From Octopus sinensis (Eukaryota): DNA of 64,000 nt. The first letter of the stretch is position 1, and the number at the start of each line of letters is the position of its first letter. The position numbers were made by a program, and so were the translations under genes. Below, piece by piece: positions 13,740 through 26,366 of the stretch. The notes below the pieces were generated by a model that saw only the letters and a list, made by a program, of their open reading frames with translations, did no database searches and was not told the origin of the DNA. The DNA lies in contig NC_043005.1 in NCBI RefSeq assembly GCF_006345805.1, forward strand, positions 10,292,001 through 10,356,000, given 5' to 3'.

Positions 13740-13935
13740 GATCCCCCGTACTAATCATACCCTCCAGCTTTTTCACCTTGAGATGTCAGCCTGCTAGAAT
13801 TACCTACATCTTCACTATTTCCCTGTCATCATCGACTTGCAGCTTTTCTCTAGCAACATTAACTCTGCATTGATCTCACCAGTGTTAAAACAAGGACTGC
13901 AGATGTCAGATGTAGCACCCTTTCTTCCTGACCCA
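13740..13935 (+). mobile_element. Decayed LINE 3' remnant, similar to 58490-58640
   Basis: Residual frame LFPVIIDLQLFSSNIN resembles the LINE C-terminus near 58520. Confidence 0.45.
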
Positions 13936-14348
13936 CCGAACTGAGTGAAGTTTTAAAAACATCTTCATCAATAAGAGTTTGACCATGATCAAGTGATGTC
14001 TAACGAAATAGATTCCAATCCAAACTACCAAAATACAAGAATCAAATACAGAGCCAAATAAACCAAGTATCTTCAATTCTAACTTATTATATTCATTACA
14101 GTTATTGTTACTTAATCTCAAATTGGCCCTGATTGAGCACACCTGTAGTCAGAAGCATTTCAGCCTCAACACTTATGTGTATAGCATAACCTTGACTACA
14201 TTATCCAAAATGTCATTTTTCTAAGGTAGCAGGGTGTAATGTGAGAATGATTTGACTGCTGTTTCTGGCATATTGAATTAATACATGGTGGTTCATTTAT
14301 TGGTTCATATCAGGAACTCTGAGACTGATGAAAGAAAAGCATGAAATT

Positions 14349-14577
14349 GGCTGTTGCCAGCCTCGCCTGGCACCTGTGCAGGTGGCATGTAAAAAGCACC
14401 CACTACACTCACGGAGTGGTTGGCGTTAGGAAGGGCATCCAGCTGTAGAAACATTGCCAGATAAGACTGGAGCCTGGTGCAGCCTTCTGGCTTCCCAGAT
14501 CCCCGGTCGAACCGTCCAACCCATGCTAGCATGGAGAACGGATGTTAAACGATGATGATGATGATGATGATGATGAT
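14349..14577 (+). mobile_element. Family D repeat with (GAT)n tail
   Basis: ggttggcgttaggaagggcatccagctgtagaaac...ccatgctagcatgg...gttaaacgatgatgat. Confidence 0.9.
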
Positions 14578-15463
14578 GCCTAGCTTAAATGTTTAGCAAC
14601 CAAGAGATAATGGTTGACAAAGCTTGAAAGACCTATGATTTAGTATCAATAGTCCCATGTATCAATAGTCCCTAAATGCTTCACTGTTTATTTGATCATA
14701 AATTATAGTAGTTTTATGAACAGAACTTTACAATAAATATTTAGTTAAGTTTCAAACTTATTAAACAATTGAATTTAACCTATTGTTGAGAATCCATAAT
14801 TTTATTTGGATTAAAAATTGAAAAAAGAAAAAAAAAATCATAAATGAAATTAAACCCAATAGTTGTTACACTGTGATGCTGGTCAATTGATCACATGGTC
14901 ATAATTCAGATCTTGCTTCAGTCATTGTCTAGTGCTTTTGAACAAGGTATAAACTCTGCTTGCTTGTGTTTGCCTGACTAAACTTGCTTCACAGTTGACT
15001 GGCTTGCAGTAGGAAAGGCATCCAGCTGTATAAAATAAAGAAACAATTGCTCAAACAAATAAACCATCCTAAATCTGCAAGCATGGTAAAACAGATGGAA
15101 AACCATAAAAAATAGAATAGGAAAACAAAAATTTAATTGATATTTATTGATATCAGCATATTTCTTTGGGCACAATTCAATCAAAAATATTTACTCAGGC
15201 ATTCTAGTTATTTCATGTATGTTTATATATAGTAGAATCAGTAGAGCATTTAACAATATTCATTGTAATACTTTTGTTTTGAGTTCAAATCCCATTAGAG
15301 GCTACTTTGTTTTTTTTTTTACTTTTCTGTGATCAACAAAAAAACAAATAAGTATGGACATCCATACAATAACTATGCCTTCCCCCTTTAATTTTTTACT
15401 TGTGTCTTTGTTAGAAATTTATATTTATGATGATCTCTCGTGCAATTTCTACTTTATGTCCTG

Positions 15464-15497
<34 letters not shown>

Positions 15498-15498
<1 letters not shown>

Positions 15499-15705
15499 GT
15501 TAATCCAAACAAGAAAACACAAAAAAAACACAGCAACGTGAGGACGTGGAACAAATAAAGTATTATTGGACGCTCAGGAAAGAAGGGAAGAAGGAGGGTT
15601 TAACGTTTCGAGCGGAGCTCTTCGTCGGAAACAAAGGAGAAGGAAAGATCCTGAGAAGGGAAGACAGAGGAAAAAAAATTGCTGGCGGTGCTCACGAGGT
15701 CACAT
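15498..15705 (-). mobile_element. Family H1 mini-element, full unit with intact hammerhead
   Basis: Same two termini as 38141-38346; abuts (TA)n. Confidence 0.85.
15598..15632 (-). ncRNA. Minimal type I hammerhead ribozyme motif (GUU triplet, palindromic stem III)
   Basis: Minus strand reads GUUU-CCGACGA-A-GAGC(UCC)GCUC-GAAA-CG-U-U/AAAC. Stems I and II are perfect; loopless stem III ACGU implies a dimeric fold. Confidence 0.8.
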
Positions 15706-15707
15706 CT

Positions 15708-15733
15708 GTAATAACAGATTTCTTGAAAATTGT

Positions 15734-15827
<94 letters not shown>

Positions 15828-15866
15828 TATATATATGTATACAATTTTTAAGAAATCTGTTTTTAC
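15708..15866. repeat. ~159-bp quasi-palindrome centred on (TA)n
   Basis: Arms gtaataacagatttcttgaaaattgtatacata and tatgtatacaatttttaagaaatctgtttttac match at 31/33. Confidence 0.9.
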
Positions 15867-16082
15867 CCTTCAGTGTTTGAGTATATTTGTTAGTTATGAT
15901 ATTGGTAGGTTCTTTTGTTCTTTGGCATTTTTTTTAGCCATTGCTGAGCACTGCTTTTCATTTAAATTCAAAGACCCAGTCATTGATGATGTGATAGTAC
16001 TAATAAAATAAACATTTCTATGGAATAGTAGTTTGTTTCATTTGAGGAAATCACTGTTGTTGTTGTTATTATTGTTATTGCT

Positions 16083-16110
16083 GTAGTAGTAGTAGTAGTA
16101 GTAGCAGTAT

Positions 16111-16168
<58 letters not shown>
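16083..16168. repeat. (TAG)n microsatellite
   Basis: Direct reading. Confidence 0.95.
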
Positions 16169-16169
<1 letters not shown>

Positions 16170-16194
16170 ATGTCTGCTTTCCAACCAAACCGAG

Positions 16195-16450
16195 CCCATC
16201 ACTTGCAAATATATACAACCTAGTTGCTTGTATCATGCTTTCACTATTGGTGCCTTATGCAGTCATCAACAAATATAGACACTCTCAACTCTCACAATTT
16301 ACTCAATTGTGAGAGCAAGAGGGAGCAAACACTGGAACAATGTGAAATGAAGACCTTACTCAAGGATACAACATGCCACCTGATCCAAGAATTTAACCCC
16401 TGATCTTATGATTATGAGCCTTACACTTAATACGCTAGGCTGTGTACTTT
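16195..16450 (-). mobile_element. Diverged tRNA-SINE, further family (related copy ~38710-39020 on +)
   Basis: Minus strand has a tRNA-like head followed by tgttgtatccttgagtaaggtcttcatttcacattgttccagt. Confidence 0.55.
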
Positions 16451-17725
16451 CACTGCACAACTAAGTACAAGTCTGTGTACCTTGTATAATTATTATTGAA
16501 TGCAGTTTAAAATTTTGGCCAAGGTGCTATCAATGAGGTTGGTGCTTATTACTTGTAGTATGGTTGTAAGCACTGGGTGATTCTTTGGGATAAACTATAG
16601 GGGCATGGTAGAACCCAAATGTACACAGAAACGAAACCCTTTTGCATGCACTCACTTATTGGCTGAGTATTGTTGATTCCAGGATTTATGTGGTTATTAT
16701 ATTACATTTAGGACATTATGATATGATATGAAGAAAATTTGGTTGCTATTTCTACAGGTTGAGTGAACATATAAAATAAATTCCTTTATTTATTTTCTTA
16801 ATGTTTTGCCTAATCAGCTTTTATTTTTACTTTAGTAGTTTCAGTTTGAGAGCTGCAGCCATTCTGGGGTAGCAAAAGTTGTTCTACCACTTAACTGCTA
16901 GACTTCCATAGAGTCTTAACTAATTTGGTAGCAGACATGTGTTTCTGTGCATGTCCACATGTACATACCTATACATAGGTGCACCTTAATGTATGCTTAA
17001 ATTGTGCAATTCTAGGCCAGGATATTTGAATAAGAACAATATCTTACCTTTATGTCACTAACCATTCTACTTTAATGCATAATCTTTTGTGCTATTAGCC
17101 ATCTAAATATTATGTTACTTGCTTCACTTACATAATTTGATATCCTGACCAACACAGTAAATTGACAGAGTTGTTAGAGCATTGAGTAGAATACCTTGTG
17201 TATTAAATCTAGCTCTCTGCACTTTGAGTTTACGGTCACCTTTGCTTTTCATCCTCTCAGGGTCATTTAATACTATAGTACCCAGTCAAGTACTAGAATT
17301 GATTCTTCTCTCTCTCTCCCTTTCTCTCAGAATTAGCCTGGTTGTGCTGGGTGAAGGGTCATGAGAAACTACTTACTACATACTTTTCTCAATAAATGGA
17401 GAAGGATTGAGTGAGGGGCCATCAACTTTTCACTGATATGCAAGGGGAGCTGTTCACAAACAGCCAGATGTGTAGTACGATATGGAACAGAAATATAGAA
17501 TTAAGAACATGTGTGTATGTGTGTGTGTGTACATGTGTATTCCCATTCAAGCATTTGAACAGTCTTGGGTAAAATGTTAACCTACAGCTGAAAAGTAAGT
17601 ATCACTTTCTATTACATGATGGAGTGTTTTACTGTAGAATTTGACATCTATCTGTAATACCAGTTTCTCCTCAAAAAATTCTAGCAAATGTTCAAATATT
17701 TAGAAACATCTACACATACACACTT

Positions 17726-17766
<41 letters not shown>

Positions 17767-20700
17767 CATTCTTTCTTCAATCCATTTTTTTTGTTTTTCT
17801 AGCATAGGTTGAATGATCTTTGCAAATTTAGATATTTGCACCTGAATATTTAAAGCAAATAGTTTGGATGTTCTTCCTTCCATCAACTATTCAAAGATGA
17901 AGCGAATGTAGAGACTTAAATTTCATCTAGAATCACTAAAGAAGGATAACGCCTTGTCATTGGGTTTAAATACATATAACTATTATCAATCATCAAATAT
18001 TTTCACTGCATATTTAGCTTCATAATTTCCTTTTTACTTTTCTAATTTTTTTTTTACATACTATGAAACAGTATATTTTGATCTTTCTAGTCATTTCATT
18101 ATAGATGTATCTCACTATAATTTACTAGTAGGCATCGTAAAGTTAAAATAAAGTTTGAACAAACCATATCCATAACCAGTTTTGATTCCTGGTTGTTAGT
18201 GTTTCACTTCATTTATAACATTAATATGTTTGACATACACAATTTCATTCTTTCTTCCTTGAAACTCAATAATACTGATTACAAGGCCTCTCTACAGTCA
18301 TTCAGCCTGCTGACCAAATAGAAGTCCTTGTTATATTTGTTGCCAACAAAAAGGTTTTGTTTTTGCATACAAAAGGCAGTGAGACATGAATAGTGAATAG
18401 AGAAGTTCTACAACAATTAGTTGGGAAGTGTATGAATAAATAATAATAAAAAGTTGATATTGTACCTCTGGTAGATGTAGGCCAAGAAACACTTGAGAGA
18501 ATATGGTTAAATCATATCTGAAAATATTGATTTTCACAAAAACGGTAACTACCATAAGATGACATCAGATTACAATATACATGGTTTAATGTTGTATTAC
18601 AGACCTGTCTGTACCAGCATAGAATAAATGGATACTAAAACTATGTGAAGAAAACAATCAGATTATTATTATCAAGCATATAATAGATAACTTGGTATTC
18701 TGTTAATTGGGTTTATTTCTGGTTTAGCTATCATTCAAATTGAAATTAAAAATTTCATCCATCGGATTATATGGTTTTGATTTTATTGAAACTGTGTTTA
18801 ACTTTGGTTGTTTATTCATATTTACACAACAGATTCAGAATTCAGTCATAACGGCAAAAAATTATTCAAATACTGATTTTTCTTTTTTTTGTTGGGAGGA
18901 AAGGTGGATTATATTTTTAACAGCCTGTTCATACAATACACAGTTTCATTCACCACCAATACCACCAACCATGTTCTCTGGTGTCTTTCAATGCTTTTTG
19001 AAGCATACTAAATGAGAAGGGCATGCTAGCTTCTCACTCACATCATCTCCATTTTCTGAAGGAAACAAACACTGTGGATGGTCCCCCCACAACCCTCTTA
19101 AAGTGTAGTATAGCTGATTCTCAGGAAGTGTGTACATGAGAAAGAGAGAAAGACAGAGGAGAAGTAGAATCTATTCTGGTGTTTGAATGGCATGTTGTTT
19201 ATCAACCTTTGAATGATAAAAAAAAAAAGAAACATAGTTTACCTTGACAAAATTTGGACTTGGAACAGTTACTGCAAGGCTCTGACAATTCTGCCAAACA
19301 TTCACATTAGAGTCTATTTAGTTTTGAGAATAATTAAAATCTATGATAATATTAGTCTCTAACATAACTATAGGAACACAAATTTTAGTGTTTGGATGAA
19401 ATATGCATGTAGATCAGCCTAGTAGTACACCAGTTCTTATTTTATCAAATCCCAAAAGTATAAAAAGAATTGTCTGGCAGGATTTGAACTGAGTTAATAT
19501 TGTCTGTTCATTTTCTGGGTAAGTAAATTTATAAAAACACTTTACAAATGTTTGAATGGTTTTACATAGACTGTTTCTTTTGCTCCAGGATAAAATGTAA
19601 ATTATACCCTGAGAGTTGCATATTAAGTAGCAGTTGAAATAAAATTTTAGATATTTTACTTGCTACAAGTTACTGAAGTTTTAATATATTTATGTCAGTT
19701 CTTTAAAATCCATCTTTATTTAGATGAAGAGAAATGAATTTTAGCTTTTGGGTGTTCCATCAGTTTTACTGAAAATATCACAGTTATTTACAAACATTAT
19801 TAGTTATCACTATTTATGAATATATGCTTAGAAAACAAACATATGTACAGGAAAAATTATGTGAGTGTACACACACATACACACACACACGCACACACAA
19901 ACACACACACACCACACACACACACACACGCACACACAAACACACAGAAAGACAGAGATGAAAATTAATGTAGGATTGAATACAAAACTATGTGTAGCTG
20001 CAAATATAAAAAGTATTTGCAAGAAATACAAGGAAAGATAAAACCTATATATTCTAATTACATAAATGCTCTAACACATTAATTAACACACTCATATATT
20101 TCATAGGTATGTATTTTTGTTGTACTACCAAAGATGGTAAATTTTCTTGTAATAATTCCATTTTTGTATTATTGTCAACTGTCACCATCAAGAATTTGAA
20201 TCCAGGTCTTGCAGTATCATGATATAATCTGGCTGTAACTTGTTTTGAAATCTTATAATACACTTAAAAATTATGTCAGGTTTAAGTTGTATTATGTATG
20301 GAAATAGACTAAAGTTTGTATGTTTATTCCAAAGCAGTAGATTCAGTATGGTTTCATTCACCATGGCAAGATTTTCAATTAAATATAGTTTCTTAGGTAT
20401 AATTATTAGATATAAATTATCAGTATGGCTATTTGGTTAAGGCATTCAATCGTAACCACGTGTCCTAGGTTGATCGAAACTGTATGTCACCTTATGCAAG
20501 TATCTTCTACCAAAACTTTGGGTTAGCTAATGCCTTTTGAGTAAAAACTGCTAAATAGAAACTATGCTGAACCCCATGGTTCATATGTGTTTATGTATGT
20601 GTCTACCAGCTTAAACAAAAATTGGTACATTTGAAGAAAAATACCTGAGGTATATACTCTAACAAAGTTGCAAAGATATTATTCTCACTATTGGAAATGC

Positions 20701-20809
20701 AGTAAACCAGTGATTGCATATCAGAGACATTTAACCAATGGCTCTATTCTGTTCATAATGCATGGAAAAATAAATAACTGATTTATGCCACTTTGAAATA
20801 GAAATCTCT

Positions 20810-21175
20810 ACACTTGTTATAGCACTGTGTACTATGACATAACAGTGCTGTCTCTCTTGGTGTAACAGTGATAAATACCTTTGTGTTACAAACATATCAA
20901 CCATCCTGATGGAGTGAAAATTGCATTGGTATTATAAAAACACCCATCTATGTTGTCATAGTAATATTCATCTAGATATATATCAATCTTGGTATTATAC
21001 TAATATCTGAATTAGTGTTATTGATATTGGCATTGGTATTATAGTGATATCAACTTAGGTTCTATAGTCATATCTACCTCAGTGTTATAGAGATTTAAGC
21101 ATTGTTGTTAAAGTGACTGATTTCTATCTTCATGTTGCAATACATACCCTAGTGTTATGGTGATACCTAACTTAT
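20810..21175. repeat. Highly decayed ~23-bp minisatellite
   Basis: Recurring units near consensus GTGTTATAGTGATATCTACCTTA, e.g. at 20991, 21035, 21058, 21082, 21152. Confidence 0.6.
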
Positions 21176-23680
21176 TTTAATAAAACTAACATAAGACAAC
21201 AAGAAAATTTCTGTATGACTGTTTGACCTGCAATAACAACCTAATTCTCTGATATTTTTCTTGAAGTGTGAATAAACTATTTTGTTTCTACACATGCGAT
21301 TTGCATAAACAGATTTCTTGTATCAAATATTCTTTAATAGTATGGAAGAAGTGGAAGATGATGGGCAAAAGGTCATATGGTCATTACATTCTGAGTTCAG
21401 ACCACACTAATACCTGTCAAGTAAAAAAAGGGATATAATTGGCTATACCTGTCCCCTTGAATGGGCACTGTTATGCCTTTGTCAGAAAAGAATATCCCTT
21501 TTAATAATATATATTTACAAAGTAACTTTTCGATATTTAAAATTCCTATCTAAATGTTTGATTTGGATAGATTGGTTGTTAAATAACACTTTATTTACTT
21601 TAAATGAATATCGTTCATTGGTATTTTCTGTATGGTTGTAGGTATTTCTATATGCTTTAATTTTGTTATATTCATGTGTATGTGTGTGTGTGTGTATACA
21701 TGTGTTTATATATACATATATGTATATATAATTTTTTTTAAACATACTGAATTGGATGTTTTACAAGCCTTATCAATGTTAGATTCTTTTATCCTCACTC
21801 ACTTAATTTGAATTTGAATTTTATTACATAATATTTCTTAGTTAATTCTTAACTATTAATCATCAGTCACCATCATCCAATTATTGTCCATCCTATAAAA
21901 AAAAATTAAGCTGACTCTTTCATTGCAGATAGAGCTTTACTCACTTAGCTTTAATCTATCTTTGAGATTCCCATTATATATCCACAGGATGAATATATTT
22001 GAATAAATATATTTAAATTTACAAGCATATATTCAGCTAAATTGTGAATTTTATTGATTTATATAAAACTTGGAAGAAATATTATTGCATGCACGATTAT
22101 ATTGGCTATGTTATTCAATGGAATTTTTTTTTATATGATAGTCACTGAATTTTAAATTAAGATAGAACTCATTTCAAAGATATTTACTTAAAGATTTTTA
22201 TTTAAGAGAGCTAACTGAAAAATTATTCAAAATAGTTTTTTAAAACAAGAATCTACTTTTCAAATTGTTTTGATTTAGTTTTTCATTTTAGTTAAAATTT
22301 CCATATCACACACTTTTAAAGCTCTGTTTCCTCATTCGTAATTCATTATAGAGAAAAAATAGACAACCGATATCTTTCTTGTCAACTAAAACAACGCTGC
22401 TGAGATATTTAATGGCCTTAGATTGAGAAATACTTCTGATGAGTATGTCTGTGGCTTGATCTTTTACTTCATTTAATACAACAACCTGGATGTTGCTTGT
22501 CTTTATCCAAATCTACTTTTTGCCAAAATTTGGGCTGGGCTTCCAATTTGAAGATAACTGCAAACTCAATTTCTTCACTTGTCATAAACACTGCTCTTCT
22601 TCCTCTGGCTAAACCATAAAAATAGCAATAACAGTTACAAGTACTCTTTTAGTTGTAAATGTTCATGTTATGAACTTTCAGAGATACAAACAAGCTTGCT
22701 TGCAAATGCAAATTTTGAACACTGCACCTGTTTGGAAGTTCAACTACGACATAACAGATGGATTTAGCTCCTCATAATCACCTTGTAAATACATTTCTTG
22801 TCATTTTGTGCAATGTCATGCTTATCATATATTGTTATTTGTGGTTTTTACAAATAAATTTTCAATCACCCTAAAATATCTTAGAAGCTTTAGAGTGGAG
22901 CCAGTGATGATGGTGGTAGAAATATTGCAACATTATATTGGAAACCAGGGTGGATATTATAAAGGGAATTGAAAGAAGTGAGAAAATGATAAACAGAACA
23001 GATGTGCTTGGCATGATTTGCTCTACTGGTGCAAAATTTTAAAGAACAAATAGTGTATTATGTAACATCTAAAAGATTCTGTGCCAATATAAATCCATGA
23101 TAATTAGAAAGAAATGAAGCTCAGTGATGAAAGAAATAGAAAAACTGTGTGAACAGATGAGAGCATCAACATAATGATGTCTTAATTACATTCAGAGAAA
23201 GCCATAACTCGTTTTGAAGATTTAAAGGTAAAAAATAGTCAACATGTTGAGGAAGAAATATTTATTGTTGCCTGGTTGATTTTACAGGCTTGTACATAAG
23301 GGCAAGTGATGAAACTGTTAGAGCTAACATGGAAGTGATAGGCAAGTTTCATAAGTTACTATTGGAAATTATTGACAAAAAGGTGTTATTTGTGTTAACT
23401 CTCAGAGTTGATGTTCAATGTCAATAAGATAGAGTTGTAATGGAAAAATTTCTTGACTATACATACACTGAAAGGAAAAATATGTGCCTAACTCCATCTT
23501 CCCTACCAGCAGCATCAGTATTAACAAGCAGGGCAATGCCATGAATAAAGAAAGTATCATAAAATTTTAAGATCTTCTGAAGATCTGATGTTTCATTGTG
23601 ACTATGCAGTCATTTACATACTGATTAATATATGACATACTATTATTTGCTGAAAGTGTAAAGATTATGTAATCTATAAA

Positions 23681-24068
23681 GGTGCGAGTGTGGCTGTGTG
23701 ATAGGAAGTTTGCTTCCAAATGACTAGGCTCCAGGCTCAGTCCCAGTGTGTGGCACCTTGGGAAAGTGTCTTTTATTATAACCTCAGGTCAACCAAAGCC
23801 TTGTAAGTGAATTTGATGGACAGAAATTGAAAGATGTGTGTATATGTGTGTGTGTGTGCCCCCTCTACCACAGCTTGCCAACCAGTGTTAGTGTGTTTAT
23901 TTCCCTGTAACTTAGCAGTTTGGCAAAAGAAACTGATAGAATAATTACCAGGCTTAAAAAATAAGTACTGGGTTGATTCGTTCAACTAGAATTCTTCAAG
24001 GAAGTACCCCAGCATGGCCGCAACCTTATGGTTGAAACAAGTAGAAGAATAAAAAAGTAATAAAAAGA
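23681..24068 (+). mobile_element. Older SINE family A copy
   Basis: ggtgcgagtgtggctgtgtg...cagcatggccgc. Further decayed copies near 20420, 29082, 38550, 61875. Confidence 0.8.
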
Positions 24069-24672
24069 CAAAATTGCATAATTGAACATGCTTGGTACTG
24101 AATAGCAACAAAGTGAACCATCAACTGGCTGCTAATGTATGTTTGTATGTGTGTGTATCCTTTGTTATACAATTTTCTTTATAATTTGCAATTTAACATT
24201 TTGATATTTTTTTTTATCAATTTTTCTTTTTTGTTGAACATTAAAAGATGATGATGATGATGGTGGTGGGAATGACTCTTTGTATTTAGTTAGCTCTTTG
24301 CTTATTGGCAATATAATTTAGAATTTCTGCAATGAAAGAGGCTGGTTTATAACAATGAGATTTTTTTTCTTCTTCTTTGGACCGGACAAATTAGCTGATG
24401 GTAACTTACAAACTGATGATTCATCGTTTAGAATTAATTAACTAGGAAATATGAAATGATGAAATCTAAATTAAGAGGATTTGGATTGGAAAATATAACA
24501 TGGTTGAGTAAAAAAAATAATTAAAATATAATTAAGGTCTATAGATATACTCTGTAGTACATACATAGCATAGAAACAAAACATAGTTAATGCACCAGTA
24601 ATTCATTAATTATAAGTGAGCTAAGTACAAAGATAGGTTCTCTAACATCTCACAAGCATTAGAAAACATTAA

Positions 24673-24948
24673 ATCTATTTATATGGTAACAAAAAATCAA
24701 TTTCCCAGCATGGATCTATATGAAAACAGGAAATCTATTTTTTAGTATGGATCTTTATGAAAACATGAAATCCATTTTCATGTGTGGATCTGCATAAAAA
24801 CAAAAAAATTGTATTCCAGTATGGATCTATATGATAACATAAAATCCATTTTCCACTATGGATCTATATTATAACATGAAATCGATTTTCTTTTATGGAT
24901 CTGCATAAAAATTTGAACTCTGTATATCAGCATGAATCTATAGGAAAA
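24673..24948. repeat. 37-bp minisatellite, ~7.5 units, indel-free phase
   Basis: ATGGATCT-like anchor at 24710, 24747, 24784, 24821, 24858, 24895, 24932. Confidence 0.9.
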
Positions 24949-26332
24949 GTTTAAATGAAGGTTTGCATATTTGATGTTTGTGGGTGTTAGAATTGGCAGA
25001 ACCTTGGAGTAAAAATGCCTTGTATTTAATTATAAGCTTTTAGGATGTGAGTTGAAATCCCTACAAAATTAACTTTATCTTTTACCTCTCCAGGGTTAAT
25101 AAAATAAGTACCAGTAATAAACTGAAAGTCAGACTATACTCATTTCTATAAATGTATGGTTGTGTATAATACAAAACTTATATTTATTTAAACAGACCTT
25201 TCTAGTTTTTGAAATAAAGTAACATTTTGCAATTAAATTTGTTTGGCAGAATCATTAGAGTAGTTGGAGACACTCTTTTCCAGTATTTAGTTATTTGTTC
25301 TTTGCATTCTGAGTTCAAACTTGTCAAAGTACCAGTTATTTACTGGAATCAATCTTATTAACTATACCTCTCCACTAAATTTAGTGTCTTGTATCTACAT
25401 TTGAAATCTGAATTTATTAATATAACAGCCTACAATAGTTAGTTGGTATAAGTGATAAGATTGGAATAAATATATAACTTTATTTTATTATTGAAAAAGA
25501 TAACATTTTTTGGGGGCTGTTATCAAAGACCATGAAATCTATTTTAACTCTCATATCTATTTGATACATCTAATATTTTAGTATATTCATATAATAGTTT
25601 AATATTCATATATATTTCTATATTTTTGGTGTATATATTATAGGATATTGTATGAGTCATATACGTTTTCAATATAATTTTAGGAAAATCTTGATTCTGA
25701 GGACCTAGTTAGATTTATGCAACAGACCTTTAGTTAGATTTATCATATTCAGTCAACAACAGTGAAAGCATATATACTTAAGCACACATTTTTTATTCCT
25801 TTAAATCCTACTCTTTACCTTTTATCCTACTGAGATCAATAAAATAATACTGGGGATGATGTAATTAATTATCCAGAAAGTCAATGTTGAAACATGTCCA
25901 TAGTTCACTGACTGACAACAGTAAACGAATAAAAGAATTAAGCAAATGAAAGCCCATATGTACTCATATTGAGCTTGTATTCATATGTACTTGTATTGAC
26001 TTCTAATCAACCACCCACTGAACGACACCTGTTTATGTTGTACTTTAGACTCTGAAGGGATTACACTTCTTGCCTGCATTTAAAAGTATGTGTTTTATGT
26101 ATGCTAAAATCTTGGTATCAACAAATAGTGAATGAGCCAGAGATAGGACCAGCATTACTAAATATGTGATGAAAATCTAAAAATAGTTTTCACTGATGAC
26201 CATTATAAATCTTTTTGTTTGTAAGTATGGGTGATAATTTTGGACATTTTGCTCTGATTTGAGATCATCACTGCAATTCATAAAATGGCTGTACTTCAGA
26301 ATTTTATATGTTATAGTAGGAAGATAAAGAGA

Positions 26333-26366
<34 letters not shown>

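Noticed and set aside
16289-16315. Isolated short hairpins (also 37913-37931, 42121-42143, 43553-43573)
   Set aside because: Stems of 8-11 bp with no shared motif or context; no support for function.
20054-20263. Cadherin-like exons (also ~21515-21650, ~22480-22610, ~49755-49880)
   Set aside because: Only vague motif resemblance, weak splice sites and inconsistent strands.
24673-24948. CRISPR array (37-bp period)
   Set aside because: Units are contiguous with no unique spacers, there are no cas genes, and the context is eukaryotic.
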